This document shows positions 7,957 through 17,825 of a stretch of 64,000 bases of DNA, piece by piece. The number at the start of each line of letters is the position of its first letter. Position 1 is the stretch's first letter. Below the pieces are notes generated by a model. It did not search any database, was not told the origin of the DNA, and saw only the letters and a list, made by a program, of their open reading frames with translations. The stretch is from a candidate division WOR-3 bacterium. Its GTDB lineage: Bacteria; Hydrothermota; 32-111. Where the stretch lies: the NCBI GenBank assembly GCA_037481815.1, contig JBBFKX010000001.1:96001-160000 (forward strand). The letters are read 5' to 3'. Made by a program: the position numbers and the translations under genes.

Positions 7957-10764
7957 TCAGTAAAGGGAAAGAGTGAGCCCAAGATTCGGGATATCATAAA
8001 TGTGGTCATAAGAAATAAAAATCCCTGGAGCAAATGTTCCAAGTGCAAAAAGATCTGAGATCAGGTTTATATTGAATTTTGAAACTGAAATCCTTTCTTT
8101 TTGATCGAATGAATATCCTTCAGTATGGCTCAATGATAATGTGAGGTATGACAATTTTATCGGTGAAGATATGAATAATTTTATCGGAATCCCCCTGTTT
8201 ATATGCAAGGGAATGTTAAAAAGCCCAATCTTTACAAGATTCAGATTCTTTGAAACGAATGAAACAAAGTTCCCTTCGTCAAGATAGTTGTATCTCAGTT
8301 TGACATTTTTGAAGAAAAGATTTTCGTTGGTTGAAGGATTATAGATATTTATATTGTTGTTGTTAGTTAAAAAAGTTTCAAAGAAAGCAAAAAATGTAGT
8401 TCTCCAGTTAAAAGATTTATAAGTTTCAAGTTTTAAGTTAATTCCGAGATCGTTAATGGGATCATAACCTGAAGCGTTTGTGTTGGATAAAAATATGTTT
8501 GATAAAAACCTATAACCTGATGAAGGAATTATACTTCTTATTGAACTTTCAGTTTTTGAATATAGAAAATCAAAATATAAACCTTTTGAATACAAAGAAT
8601 CTGTTTTCAAAATTGAAATCGCTGGTGAAAAGGAGAACGAGTGTTCGAACTTTAATCGATCAAAGAATATTCCTGCTGAAATCGAATAACTGTCAGGAAG
8701 ATATTTTTTTATTCCAGTTTTGCTTCCTTCGTTGAGTAAATCGAAAGAAACAAAAATATCATGTTTAAATTGTGAAAAGACGATCTGGGAAAAGTTATAG
8801 TATTGAATATCGGATGGATTAGAATTCAAGTCGTATGTGTAGGAAAAGATTCCAAGTGTTAAAAAGGATAAAGATTGCGATATATCAGCATTTATGTTGA
8901 AGAATGGGAAAAGAAGTAGTATATCACTCATCGATAACGAATCATCAAAAAGTGGAACAACAAGAGGTAAAAAGTAATAAGTTCCGGGACCTGAAAATTT
9001 TGGTAGTATGTACTTTTTGTGATCGATTCTGTAATCGAAATTTTTGCTTATCGGTAGATAGTTCTGATACTCTTTCAACTCGATTTCATATTTTTTATCT
9101 TCAAGTTTTTTTAGTTTTGCATAAAAGATGTTATCACCATCTTTAGTTATATCCTGGAAATAAACTTTTCCATTTTCTTCATCAACTGAGTAGTTTGAAA
9201 TGTTGTTTATCGATCTGAGATATGGCTCAATTCTATTTGAATCGAGATCGTAGAAAAAGAGAGTGTTGAATCCATCTCGATCAGAGATAAAGTAAAAGCC
9301 GTTAAATTTTTTACTCCATTGTGGCAAAAAATCTGTCTCACGGTCAGAGGTTAAAAATCTTTCTTTTTTATTTTCAAGATCAAATAGAACTATATCTGTA
9401 AAACCTCCATCCTTGTAAACTGATAAGAGTATAGATTTTCCATCTTTTGTGGATATAGAGTTCAACCTGTAATTTTCAGGAAACTCGATTGAGTCAATCA
9501 AACTTTCTTTTTTTAAAGAATAAAGGATTATGAAATTTTTATTTTGAGTGTTCCTGATGAAAAATAATGTGTCTTTATAGATTTCAGGTGAAAAACCTCT
9601 GAAAGTATGTGGTAATTTTTTTATCTTTTTCGTTTTAAAATTATATGAATATATTGAAAAGAAATAGGATAGGTTGTCGTAAAGATCGATCATATCATAA
9701 ATGATAAAATCATCTGTGATCTGAAATTTTGTTGTGTATAAAGTTTTAAAAAGTTCAGTTTTTTTACCATCTTCATAAACTATTATTCTCTGTCTTCTAT
9801 GGAAATACGATTCTATAAAGTAAACTTTATTCTCTTTGTAAACAGGGTTCGTTTTTTCAAAGCCATCGTTGATAAGTTTTTCTTTTATATAGAAATCATA
9901 ATTTTTCATAATTTCAAATGTCTTTTTCTCAACATCCTTGTAAACTAAATCGAGAATCGTTGATGGAAGATAGGAATTTCTTATAAGGAAAAAGATATCT
10001 GGAAATAAAAATTCAACTGGTAAACATGTGCAAAAATTGATATCTGAAAGAGTGTAAATCTCTTTCCCTGAGATTTCTTTTGTTTTATCGAAGATGTAAG
10101 GACCATAAAGATAAGGCAGTGTTCCATAGGGATATTCACTATCATAATATGATACCGCTCGATCAAGTGGTGCTTTTTTGTTTTCAAGATACAAGGTTCT
10201 CAAAATCGCTTCAAAATTTGTGTCTCTCAATCGCCCTGATTTTATAGTTGATTCGTTATAGACGGTGTATCCTTCAAGGAAATACATAGGTTGAGCAACG
10301 GCGGGCAGATATAAACATGAGTTCAAAGTTTTACTCAGAATTTTTGGTTTTGTTTTTGTCAGATGAAATGTGTGAGTCAACTCATGTATCAAAACATACT
10401 CGATCCAATTCTCATGTTTTGATATGAAGGAAGGGTCGGGATTCGCAAGATAGATGTTAACTGTTGGATTGAGAATTGGAGTTGAAAACCCGTTTGGAAG
10501 ATCTGACTGATCTGTTATCAAAAGATTTATTTTGTTTGGAGGTTCAGTTTTCATCAATTTTTTCAATGTATCATAAACACCTTCAGAAATCTTAATTATT
10601 TTTTCAATATCGTTTGAAAGTTCTTTTTTGTATATGTAATTGAAATGTTCAGATGAAGCAAAAAAAGTGTTTGAAATATCGTTGAAAACTTTCGGAACAA
10701 GAATTTGACTCAAAAGAGGTATTGTGAATGAAATGATTATAAAAATATAAAAAATTTTTTTCAT
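7957..10764 (-). CDS. Large exported protein: zincin-like (HELTH) domain + TolB/PD40-like beta-propeller + probable C-terminal beta-rich region
   Basis: Signal peptide; IHELTH..EG motif; PQWS/FISDRDG propeller motifs; aromatic C-terminus. Confidence 0.65.
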   Translation of the reverse strand: MKKIFYIFIIISFTIPLLSQILVPKVFNDISNTFFASSEHFNYIYKKELSNDIEKIIKISEGVYDTLKKLMKTEPPNKINLLITDQSDLPNGFSTPILNPTVNIYLANPDPSFISKHENWIEYVLIHELTHTFHLTKTKPKILSKTLNSCLYLPAVAQPMYFLEGYTVYNESTIKSGRLRDTNFEAILRTLYLENKKAPLDRAVSYYDSEYPYGTLPYLYGPYIFDKTKEISGKEIYTLSDINFCTCLPVEFLFPDIFFLIRNSYLPSTILDLVYKDVEKKTFEIMKNYDFYIKEKLINDGFEKTNPVYKENKVYFIESYFHRRQRIIVYEDGKKTELFKTLYTTKFQITDDFIIYDMIDLYDNLSYFFSIYSYNFKTKKIKKLPHTFRGFSPEIYKDTLFFIRNTQNKNFIILYSLKKESLIDSIEFPENYRLNSISTKDGKSILLSVYKDGGFTDIVLFDLENKKERFLTSDRETDFLPQWSKKFNGFYFISDRDGFNTLFFYDLDSNRIEPYLRSINNISNYSVDEENGKVYFQDITKDGDNIFYAKLKKLEDKKYEIELKEYQNYLPISKNFDYRIDHKKYILPKFSGPGTYYFLPLVVPLFDDSLSMSDILLLFPFFNINADISQSLSFLTLGIFSYTYDLNSNPSDIQYYNFSQIVFSQFKHDIFVSFDLLNEGSKTGIKKYLPDSYSISAGIFFDRLKFEHSFSFSPAISILKTDSLYSKGLYFDFLYSKTESSIRSIIPSSGYRFLSNIFLSNTNASGYDPINDLGINLKLETYKSFNWRTTFFAFFETFLTNNNNINIYNPSTNENLFFKNVKLRYNYLDEGNFVSFVSKNLNLVKIGLFNIPLHINRGIPIKLFISSPIKLSYLTLSLSHTEGYSFDQKERISVSKFNINLISDLFALGTFAPGIFISYDHIYDIPNLGLTLSLY

Positions 10765-11468
10765 CCTAAAATTTTTATTCCTGTAAAAAATTTTTCAACG
10801 ATTTCTGTCGCGTTTCCCTCAATAAAAATATCTATATCCTCATTATAAAAACTTTCCTTGTTTAAAAATATAGTTTTTGCTTTGAATTTTTTTGCTATCG
10901 AAACAAACGCAGCAGCAGGGTAGACCTGACCGCTTGTTCCGATTCCGACGAAAAGTTTTGTTTTCGACAAAAGTTCATAGATTTCATTTAAAAAGTATGG
11001 AACTTCTCCAAACCAGACAATATCAGGCCTTAAAATGTTTCCACATTTTTTACATTTTGGAACACCTTCAATATCTTCTAAATGTTCCTCATAATGAGAA
11101 CATCTTGTGCATTTGATTCTGAGTAAACTCCCATGCATATGTATAACTTTTGATGATCCAGCTCGTTCATGCAGATCATCAACATTCTGTGTAACAATAT
11201 AAGTTTTTGGGTGTTTTTTCTGAAAATCAGCAAGAGCATAATGTGCTCTGTTTGGAACAACATCTTTTAACTGTTTTCTTCTTTTTGAATAGAACTCCCA
11301 CACAAGAGCAGGGTTTTTTTGAAACGCCTCGGGAGTAGCAACATCTTCAATATTGTATTGCTCCCAGAGTCCGCCTGAATCCCTGAAAGTTGAAAGCCCG
11401 CTTTCCGCACTTATTCCTGCTCCAGTTAAAACAAAAACTGTATCGTTTGAAGATATTGAAATTTGCAT
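10761..11468 (-). CDS. cobB: NAD-dependent protein deacylase (sirtuin)
   Basis: TGAGISAESG, TQNVDDLHERAGS, HG, two CxxC, RPDIVWFGE, GTSGQVYPAA. Confidence 0.95.
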   Translation of the reverse strand: MQISISSNDTVFVLTGAGISAESGLSTFRDSGGLWEQYNIEDVATPEAFQKNPALVWEFYSKRRKQLKDVVPNRAHYALADFQKKHPKTYIVTQNVDDLHERAGSSKVIHMHGSLLRIKCTRCSHYEEHLEDIEGVPKCKKCGNILRPDIVWFGEVPYFLNEIYELLSKTKLFVGIGTSGQVYPAAAFVSIAKKFKAKTIFLNKESFYNEDIDIFIEGNATEIVEKFFTGIKILG

Positions 11469-11490
11469 ACCTTACTATAATATAAATATT

Positions 11491-12279
11491 ATGGAGAGAA
11501 GTCAATATAAAGTCGGTTTTGCACAATTAAAAATCGAACATAAACGGATTGAGAAAAATTTAGATAAAATAATAAAAATCACAAAAGAAAACGATTTTGA
11601 CCTTCTCGTGTTCCCGGAACTTTCTCTTTCAGGATACGCTTTTGAAAACAAAAACGAATTGAAAAAATATTCGTTTAAAATGGATGATAAAATTTTTGAT
11701 GATCTTGTTTATCTGTGTAAAAAAGATTCAAAGACGATAGTTTTTGGTTTTTCTGAAAAAGAAAAAAATAACCTTTACAATTCAGCGATCGCTATAACCT
11801 GTTCGGGGAAAAAATATGTGTATAGAAAAACACATTTATTTTTCAACGAGAAAAAACTTTTCAAAACAGGGGATACAGGATTTTTTGTGATCGATATTGA
11901 TGGTATGAATGTTGGAATCATGATCTGTTTCGATTGGATTTTTCCAGAAGCGGCAAGAACGCTCGCTTTGAAAGGTGCAGATGTTCTGGCTCATCCATCA
12001 AACCTTGTGATGCCTTACTGTCAGAATGCGATGATCACAAGATCTTTGGAAAATCGAGTTTACTCTGTAACTGCAAATAGGATTGGAAAAGAGAAAGAAT
12101 ACAAATTCACAGGGCAGAGTCAGATAGTATCTCCACAAGGAGAAATCGTTTTCAGAGCAGAAAGGGAATATGAAAAAATTTTTATTACACAGATTGACCT
12201 AAAAAAATCAAGGGATAAAAAGATAAATCGTTTAAACGATCTTTTTAAAGATAGAAGGGGGGAGTGTTATGAGGTATAA
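11491..12279 (+). CDS. Carbon-nitrogen hydrolase (nitrilase/amidase family)
   Basis: FPEL, YRKTHL, ICFDWIFPE catalytic E-K-C motifs. True start is probably ATG 11491; the longer ORF overlaps cobB. Confidence 0.9.
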   Translation: MERSQYKVGFAQLKIEHKRIEKNLDKIIKITKENDFDLLVFPELSLSGYAFENKNELKKYSFKMDDKIFDDLVYLCKKDSKTIVFGFSEKEKNNLYNSAIAITCSGKKYVYRKTHLFFNEKKLFKTGDTGFFVIDIDGMNVGIMICFDWIFPEAARTLALKGADVLAHPSNLVMPYCQNAMITRSLENRVYSVTANRIGKEKEYKFTGQSQIVSPQGEIVFRAEREYEKIFITQIDLKKSRDKKINRLNDLFKDRRGECYEV

Positions 12280-12718
12280 AAAATTACCATGTTTTGATGG
12301 ATGTGTTGTCTGTGGGAAAAAAAATCCTGTAGGGCTGAAACTCGATTTTTACCTGAACGAAGAAAAAAATATTGTTTTTGCAGAAGTGGTTTTGGATAAA
12401 AATTATATCGGATACGACAACATAATCCATGGTGGAATAGTTACGATGGTTCTTGATGAAGCTATGGCATGGGCGAACATAGAGTTAACTGGGAAGATGG
12501 CTTTAACAAAAAATATAATGGTCAATTTTTTGAAACCTGTTAAATCTGGATTGAAATACAGAGTTGAAAGTCATCTGAAAGAAATGCAGGATAATAAAAC
12601 GATTACAGTTGCAGTTTTAAAAGATTCAGATGGTTCGCTATGTGCTGAAGGTGAAGGTGAGTTTATACTTATGAGTGAAACAAGAAGTGAGAAGATGAAA
12701 AAAGGGTTAACCTATTAG
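12269..12718 (+). CDS. PaaI-family hotdog thioesterase
   Basis: CVVCGKKNPVGL and HGGIVTMVLDE motifs. Confidence 0.9.
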   Translation: MRYKKLPCFDGCVVCGKKNPVGLKLDFYLNEEKNIVFAEVVLDKNYIGYDNIIHGGIVTMVLDEAMAWANIELTGKMALTKNIMVNFLKPVKSGLKYRVESHLKEMQDNKTITVAVLKDSDGSLCAEGEGEFILMSETRSEKMKKGLTY

Positions 12719-12726
12719 GAGGTAAA

Positions 12727-12975
12727 ATGGCTTTTGAAAGGGAAAAAGTAAAATCTTTAATATTTACAACGAACTCTGAAATTCGAGGTTTTGTTCATAT
12801 ACCGCCGGGTGGAAGGTTGACAGATTTTTTGAACAATATCGCAAAACCTTTCATCCCTGTTACGGATGCTGAAGTTAGAACCTCTGATGGAAGAATATTT
12901 AAAACCGATTTGATGCAGTTGAACAAAGATTTTATTATTGTGATCATTCCCGAAGAGGCGATGGAAAAAGAGTGA
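12727..12975 (+). CDS. Small conserved hypothetical protein (DUF6812-like)
   Basis: GGAGG SD; RLTDFLN..FIPVTDA motif. Confidence 0.6.
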   Translation: MAFEREKVKSLIFTTNSEIRGFVHIPPGGRLTDFLNNIAKPFIPVTDAEVRTSDGRIFKTDLMQLNKDFIIVIIPEEAMEKE

Positions 12976-13710
12976 TCATTCAGTATACTTTTTGATTAGA
13001 TCGTTTATATCCATCTCTTTACCTGCTTTTATCTCAAAAACTGAATCATCGATTTTTATATTGATATCTATTTTTTGCGTTTTCATCTCCATGATCTTTT
13101 GACCGTCTAAGGTTGCTGTTATTAAAAAAGGCATATAGTATTTTGAATCGATCTGTTTATAATCACTCATCACCATAACAACAGTGTCCTGATTTTCATT
13201 CTGATAATCAACAGTTTTAACAAGGAACAGGTTCTTCTTATCGATAAAAATCAGTGAATTGTTTAATTTCTTTTGGAAAACATAACAGTTATCCTGATCT
13301 TTTAAATATTTATACTCTTCACTCAGTTGTTTCCACCAGAGAATTCCTTTGTCCTGAATATAATTTTCTTTTTCCTTTTCTGTTAATTTAACTTTTCCTA
13401 CGATTGGATTCACAAGAAAAATTTTTTCTCCATCGTTTATTATAGTTGTTGCCATCTGTTCAACATCATCAATTTCAGATTTATCAGGGATTATGTCCAA
13501 CTTCATCTTTTTGTCTTTTACCCAGATGTATGTTGTCATTGGAACTTTCATATCGTTACTAAAAAATATACTCTTATATGTTGCCTCCATACTTTTTATC
13601 TCTGAATATGATGAATATTTTTGTTCAATCTTTTGTAAAATCTCATCTTCTGTCTCAGCATGGAAAATGATTGCGAGAATTACTATTGTGAAAAATAAAA
13701 ATTTTTTCAT
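12976..13710 (-). CDS. LolA-like outer-membrane lipoprotein-sorting family protein
   Basis: Signal peptide; NDGEK, IDK..LVK, NIKIDDSVF motifs. Confidence 0.75.
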   Translation of the reverse strand: MKKFLFFTIVILAIIFHAETEDEILQKIEQKYSSYSEIKSMEATYKSIFFSNDMKVPMTTYIWVKDKKMKLDIIPDKSEIDDVEQMATTIINDGEKIFLVNPIVGKVKLTEKEKENYIQDKGILWWKQLSEEYKYLKDQDNCYVFQKKLNNSLIFIDKKNLFLVKTVDYQNENQDTVVMVMSDYKQIDSKYYMPFLITATLDGQKIMEMKTQKIDINIKIDDSVFEIKAGKEMDINDLIKKYTE

Positions 13711-15095
13711 AACAACTCCTTTTCAAGTGATTCAATTTTAGAGATAAAAATTTTATTATCAATACTTTTAAAGTATTTTTTTATTTTTTGAAAATCTTTC
13801 TCTGAAACAAATTTTTTATTGGTTTTTGAAAAGTATGTTAAAAGTAACAGATATGATCTGTAAAAGTTGAAATTATCTTTTATCTTTTTATAGATTTTTA
13901 TACCTTTTTCAACCTCATTTATTGCTTTTTCAAAATCTTTTTTTGCAGCAAAAAATTTAGATTTTGTAACCAGAAATCTTGCCTTCTCTTTTTCAACATT
14001 GAATTTCTTTAAACCTTTTTCAGATAAATTCAAAAAGAGTTGTGCTTTTTTTAAATTTTTTTTCTTTAAAAAAAGTTCAGTTGAAAGATTCTGATACCAT
14101 AAAGTCAGGTCTGGAATGTTCACTTTTTTCACATAAAGCAAAACCTGTTTTAAGATTTCTTCAACCTTTTCTAACTCTTCAAGTTCAAAATAAAGATATC
14201 CAATATCGATAAGATTTATTCCCGATCTCCTTAGATCTTTTATTTGGTTTGCAATTTCGTTGGATTTTTTGAGAAACTCAATCGCCTGATCGATATTTCC
14301 TTTATATGTTTTCGCCGTTGCAATATTGTAGTAAGAGAGTGTTAACCCGTGTTTATCGTTTATCTCTTCCTGTATACTTTTTGCTTGCTCAAAAAGTTCG
14401 AGTGCTTTATCGTATTCTCCCATATCAAGGTAGATGTTACCAATGTTCGTGAGGTTTCTTGCTTTTTCAAGTGGTGAACCGATCTTTTCAAGTAATTCTT
14501 TAGTTTTTAAAAAATATTCGAGTGCTTTTTTGTAATCGTTCAAATTCTCATAGACAACGGCAATATTATTATAAGTCACAGCGATGCTTTTTGGCTCATT
14601 GAATTTCAATTTTATTTCAAGTGATTTTTTGTAAAACTCGAGTGCTTTTTGGTTGTTTCCTAAATAGTAATAGATTGACCCGATGTTGTTGTATCTTCCA
14701 CTTATACCTTCAAGTTGTTTTAATTTTTTTGCAATTTCAAGGGATTTTAAATAATATTTTAAACTTTTTTTATAGTCACCTGTTAAGTTGTAAATGTTGC
14801 CCAATCTGTTATAACATTTTGCAAGATCGTATTTGTCTTTTCTTTTTTTTGAGAGATTCTGTGCTCTCAAAATCAAAACTTTTGATTTTTCATAATTTGA
14901 AAGTGAAAAGTATATTTGACTCTCCTGAACCAATATATCTGTAAGGAGTTTCAGATCATTGAATTTTTTTATCTCTTTATGTGCTTCGTTAATATCTTTC
15001 AAAGCACTTTTGTTATCAGAAATCAGCGAGTAAACATCTGACCTTAAAATCAGTGATTTTATATACAGTTCTTTTGGATCTCTACCTGCTAACAT
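13707..15095 (-). CDS. Tetratricopeptide repeat protein (free-standing; overlaps the upstream cyclase-ATPase by 14 nt)
   Basis: Repeated YNNIG.IY...G.Y.KAL.Y..KSLEI units. Confidence 0.9.
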   Translation of the reverse strand: MLAGRDPKELYIKSLILRSDVYSLISDNKSALKDINEAHKEIKKFNDLKLLTDILVQESQIYFSLSNYEKSKVLILRAQNLSKKRKDKYDLAKCYNRLGNIYNLTGDYKKSLKYYLKSLEIAKKLKQLEGISGRYNNIGSIYYYLGNNQKALEFYKKSLEIKLKFNEPKSIAVTYNNIAVVYENLNDYKKALEYFLKTKELLEKIGSPLEKARNLTNIGNIYLDMGEYDKALELFEQAKSIQEEINDKHGLTLSYYNIATAKTYKGNIDQAIEFLKKSNEIANQIKDLRRSGINLIDIGYLYFELEELEKVEEILKQVLLYVKKVNIPDLTLWYQNLSTELFLKKKNLKKAQLFLNLSEKGLKKFNVEKEKARFLVTKSKFFAAKKDFEKAINEVEKGIKIYKKIKDNFNFYRSYLLLLTYFSKTNKKFVSEKDFQKIKKYFKSIDNKIFISKIESLEKELL

Positions 15096-17751
15096 TTTTC
15101 TTTAACTTTTTATAGGAATCGATAGCCCTTGTAAAATATTTTATAGCATCCTCGTTTGCGTATATCTTTTTTGCCTTTTCTCCTGCATGATAAGAATAAA
15201 GAAGTGACTTCTCATAATTTTTTGCCTGAAAATAATGGTGTGATAAGAGTTCATAATATTCATCAATGTTTTTGTTATACCTTTCCTCAATAAAGTTTCC
15301 TATTCTGTTGTGCAACTCCTCTCTTTTTGCAAACGATAATGTTCCGTAAGCAACTTCCTGTGTTAGAATATGCTTAAAATAGTAAGTGTTTTTACCGGTT
15401 TCACTTTTTTTTATAAGATCAAATCTTTCGAGATTTTTTAATGACTCTTCTAACAATTTTTTGTTCTCATAGATGTTTTCAAGAATATCAAGATCAACCT
15501 CTCTGCCTAAAACAGATGCTTTTTGTATCACATCTCGATCTGTGAAATCGAGAGTATCTATTCTCGATTGGATTATTGACTCAACACTTTCAGGAAGCAC
15601 AAGTTTCTCTATATCACCTTGAAATTCCCATTGATTTTCTTTTTCCTGAATGTAACCCTGTTCGATCAGTGATTTCACAAGTTCCTCAATGTAGAATGGG
15701 TTTCCCTGAGATTTCTTTATGATCAATTCTTTAAAATTTTTGGAGATGTTTTCAATGTTTAGCAGATTTTTAACGAGTTTTAAAGAGTCCTCTTTTGATA
15801 ACTCTTTTAAAACTATTTTTTCTGTTTGGAATTTTTTTTCTGCACTCTCAAGATCCTTTGATGGTCTGTAAACGAGTGTTAAAAGAATTTTGTGATTTGA
15901 AATTTTGTTTGAAACAAAATTGAAAAGTTCAAAAGATATAGAATCAGCCCAGTGGAAATCCTCGAGTATAATATTTAAAGGTTTTTTCGTTGAGAGTTCC
16001 AATAGGAGTTTACTTATAATATCAAAAGTTTTTTGTTTTTTCAGTTTTGTGTCAAGATATTTGAGATTTGACTGATCGGTGAAAGTTACTCCTAAAAGTT
16101 CACCAAATAAGGCAGACCATTCTTTTAATTCCTGATCCAAATTTTCAAGAGATTTTAAAATCTTTTGCTCTTTTGTTTCATTATCATCGCCTGACTTTAA
16201 ATCGAAAATTTCCTTCAAAATTTCGATCCATGGATGGTATGAAAAAGAACTTCCATAGGAAAAACATTCTCCTTTGAAAATCAAAAATTCATTTTCAGAA
16301 GAAATTTTTATCACCTCTTCAACAAGTCGTGATTTCCCGATACCAGGTTCACCACTTATTGAAAGAATGTATCCATTTCCATCTTTAACTTTTGAGAAAG
16401 TTTGTTTAATTCTTGTTATCTCTTCATCTCTTCCAATTATTTTTTCTGTCTGTGATATCCATCTTGTGATATTCTCTTTTTTCAATTCCTTTTTATTTTC
16501 GAGGATAAATGTCTTTTCTTTTTTTTCTTTTCCTTTCAGTTCAAGATCTCCAAAGTTTTTAAAATTGAAATAATGGTATGTTTTGTTAAAAATATTTTCA
16601 CTTACCAGAACTAGGCCATTTTCAGATTTTGCCGCAATTCTTGCGGCAAGGTTCACTCCATCTCCAAGAACAGTGTATTCGTATCGTTCTTTTCCTCCGA
16701 TTATTGAAACGAAAACATAATCAGAATTCACGCCCGCTTTGAGTTTTGAAAAATCTATCCTTGAATCGTGTTTCAAATCGTTTAAAAATAGCAGAGATCT
16801 AATTTCAGAGTCCTCATAGGTTTTGGGAAATCCAAATATTATTATAAATCTTTCTCCATCTTTATATGGATCTATACTTGTTATTATACCCTCATATTTT
16901 TCACAGTGTTCTTTAATAATCTCATAATAGTTTTTTAAAATCTGTAAACTTGTTTCGTGTTCGTTTTCGTAATCTAGTTGAGGAAGATGGATGAATATTA
17001 CGGAAATTTTTCTATGTTCACCATCTTTACTATCGATGGTGTTTTTAAATTTTAACCTTTCCTTCAGCCAGAGAGGGATATAATCATCTAAAATGTTTTC
17101 ATGAAAATTTTTCTTATACTGATTTATCTGAAATTTTTTGATCTTTTTTCTTCTCAAAACTTTATAATAATCACCTTCAGATTCGAAATCAAAATTTTTT
17201 ACATCTTTAAAATCGGTTGTAGTTATAATTTCACCTTTTTTAGCGATGTCTGATAGTTCTATAAGTTTATTTAATTGCCTTCCACCTGCAAAAAAGGTTG
17301 ACTTTAAATCAAAAATATGCACCTTCCCATAAACGAGTGAAATATGAACTCCGATTTTGAACTTTCCATTTTTAGTCCTAACATTCTCATTCTTTTTCAC
17401 ATACTTTAAAATCTCATAAGAACAGTACAAACTTCTCTCTTTTGAATCGATCGGAAGGTTGTCATCCTCTTTGAAAATCGCAAAAAACGCATCTCCAGCA
17501 AATCGATAGATGTCCCCACCATACGAATATGTTATTTTTACAAGGTTTTCAAAGTATGAGTTTAAAATTTTGTTAACCTCTTCCGATCCCTCTTTCCCAA
17601 GTTTTGAAAGTTTTTCACTCATCGCTGTGAAACCGGAAATATCAACAAAGATTGAAGAGCAGTTAAAAGAATCAAAAATTTTATTTTTGTTTTTCAGTTG
17701 TTTGAAGATATCGGGGACAAAAAGATTAAAAATATTTTTGTTTTCTCCCAT
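15082..17751 (-). CDS. Soluble-adenylyl-cyclase-like protein: two class III cyclase domains + STAND/AAA ATPase, ending at its first TPR helix pair
   Basis: FVDISGFT..RFAGDA; GDGVNLAARI; Walker A GEPGIGKS; Walker B ILEDFHWAD; GNPFYIEE; YYFKHILTQEVAY; GEKAKKIYANEDAIKYF. Confidence 0.9.
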   Translation of the reverse strand: MGENKNIFNLFVPDIFKQLKNKNKIFDSFNCSSIFVDISGFTAMSEKLSKLGKEGSEEVNKILNSYFENLVKITYSYGGDIYRFAGDAFFAIFKEDDNLPIDSKERSLYCSYEILKYVKKNENVRTKNGKFKIGVHISLVYGKVHIFDLKSTFFAGGRQLNKLIELSDIAKKGEIITTTDFKDVKNFDFESEGDYYKVLRRKKIKKFQINQYKKNFHENILDDYIPLWLKERLKFKNTIDSKDGEHRKISVIFIHLPQLDYENEHETSLQILKNYYEIIKEHCEKYEGIITSIDPYKDGERFIIIFGFPKTYEDSEIRSLLFLNDLKHDSRIDFSKLKAGVNSDYVFVSIIGGKERYEYTVLGDGVNLAARIAAKSENGLVLVSENIFNKTYHYFNFKNFGDLELKGKEKKEKTFILENKKELKKENITRWISQTEKIIGRDEEITRIKQTFSKVKDGNGYILSISGEPGIGKSRLVEEVIKISSENEFLIFKGECFSYGSSFSYHPWIEILKEIFDLKSGDDNETKEQKILKSLENLDQELKEWSALFGELLGVTFTDQSNLKYLDTKLKKQKTFDIISKLLLELSTKKPLNIILEDFHWADSISFELFNFVSNKISNHKILLTLVYRPSKDLESAEKKFQTEKIVLKELSKEDSLKLVKNLLNIENISKNFKELIIKKSQGNPFYIEELVKSLIEQGYIQEKENQWEFQGDIEKLVLPESVESIIQSRIDTLDFTDRDVIQKASVLGREVDLDILENIYENKKLLEESLKNLERFDLIKKSETGKNTYYFKHILTQEVAYGTLSFAKREELHNRIGNFIEERYNKNIDEYYELLSHHYFQAKNYEKSLLYSYHAGEKAKKIYANEDAIKYFTRAIDSYKKLKKNVSR

Positions 17752-17825
17752 ATTGATATTTTACAAAAAATATCGAAAAAATCAAATATGTTGTAATAAT
17801 TTTAACAAATTATATAATACTTAAA

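Noticed and set aside
11353..11490. N-terminal extension of the nitrilase ORF
   Set aside because: It is antisense to the conserved cobB N-terminus; ATG 11491 fits the family start and promoter.
13707..15095. TPR repeats as diversity-generating retroelement target
   Set aside because: No reverse transcriptase and no near-identical template/variable repeat pair seen.
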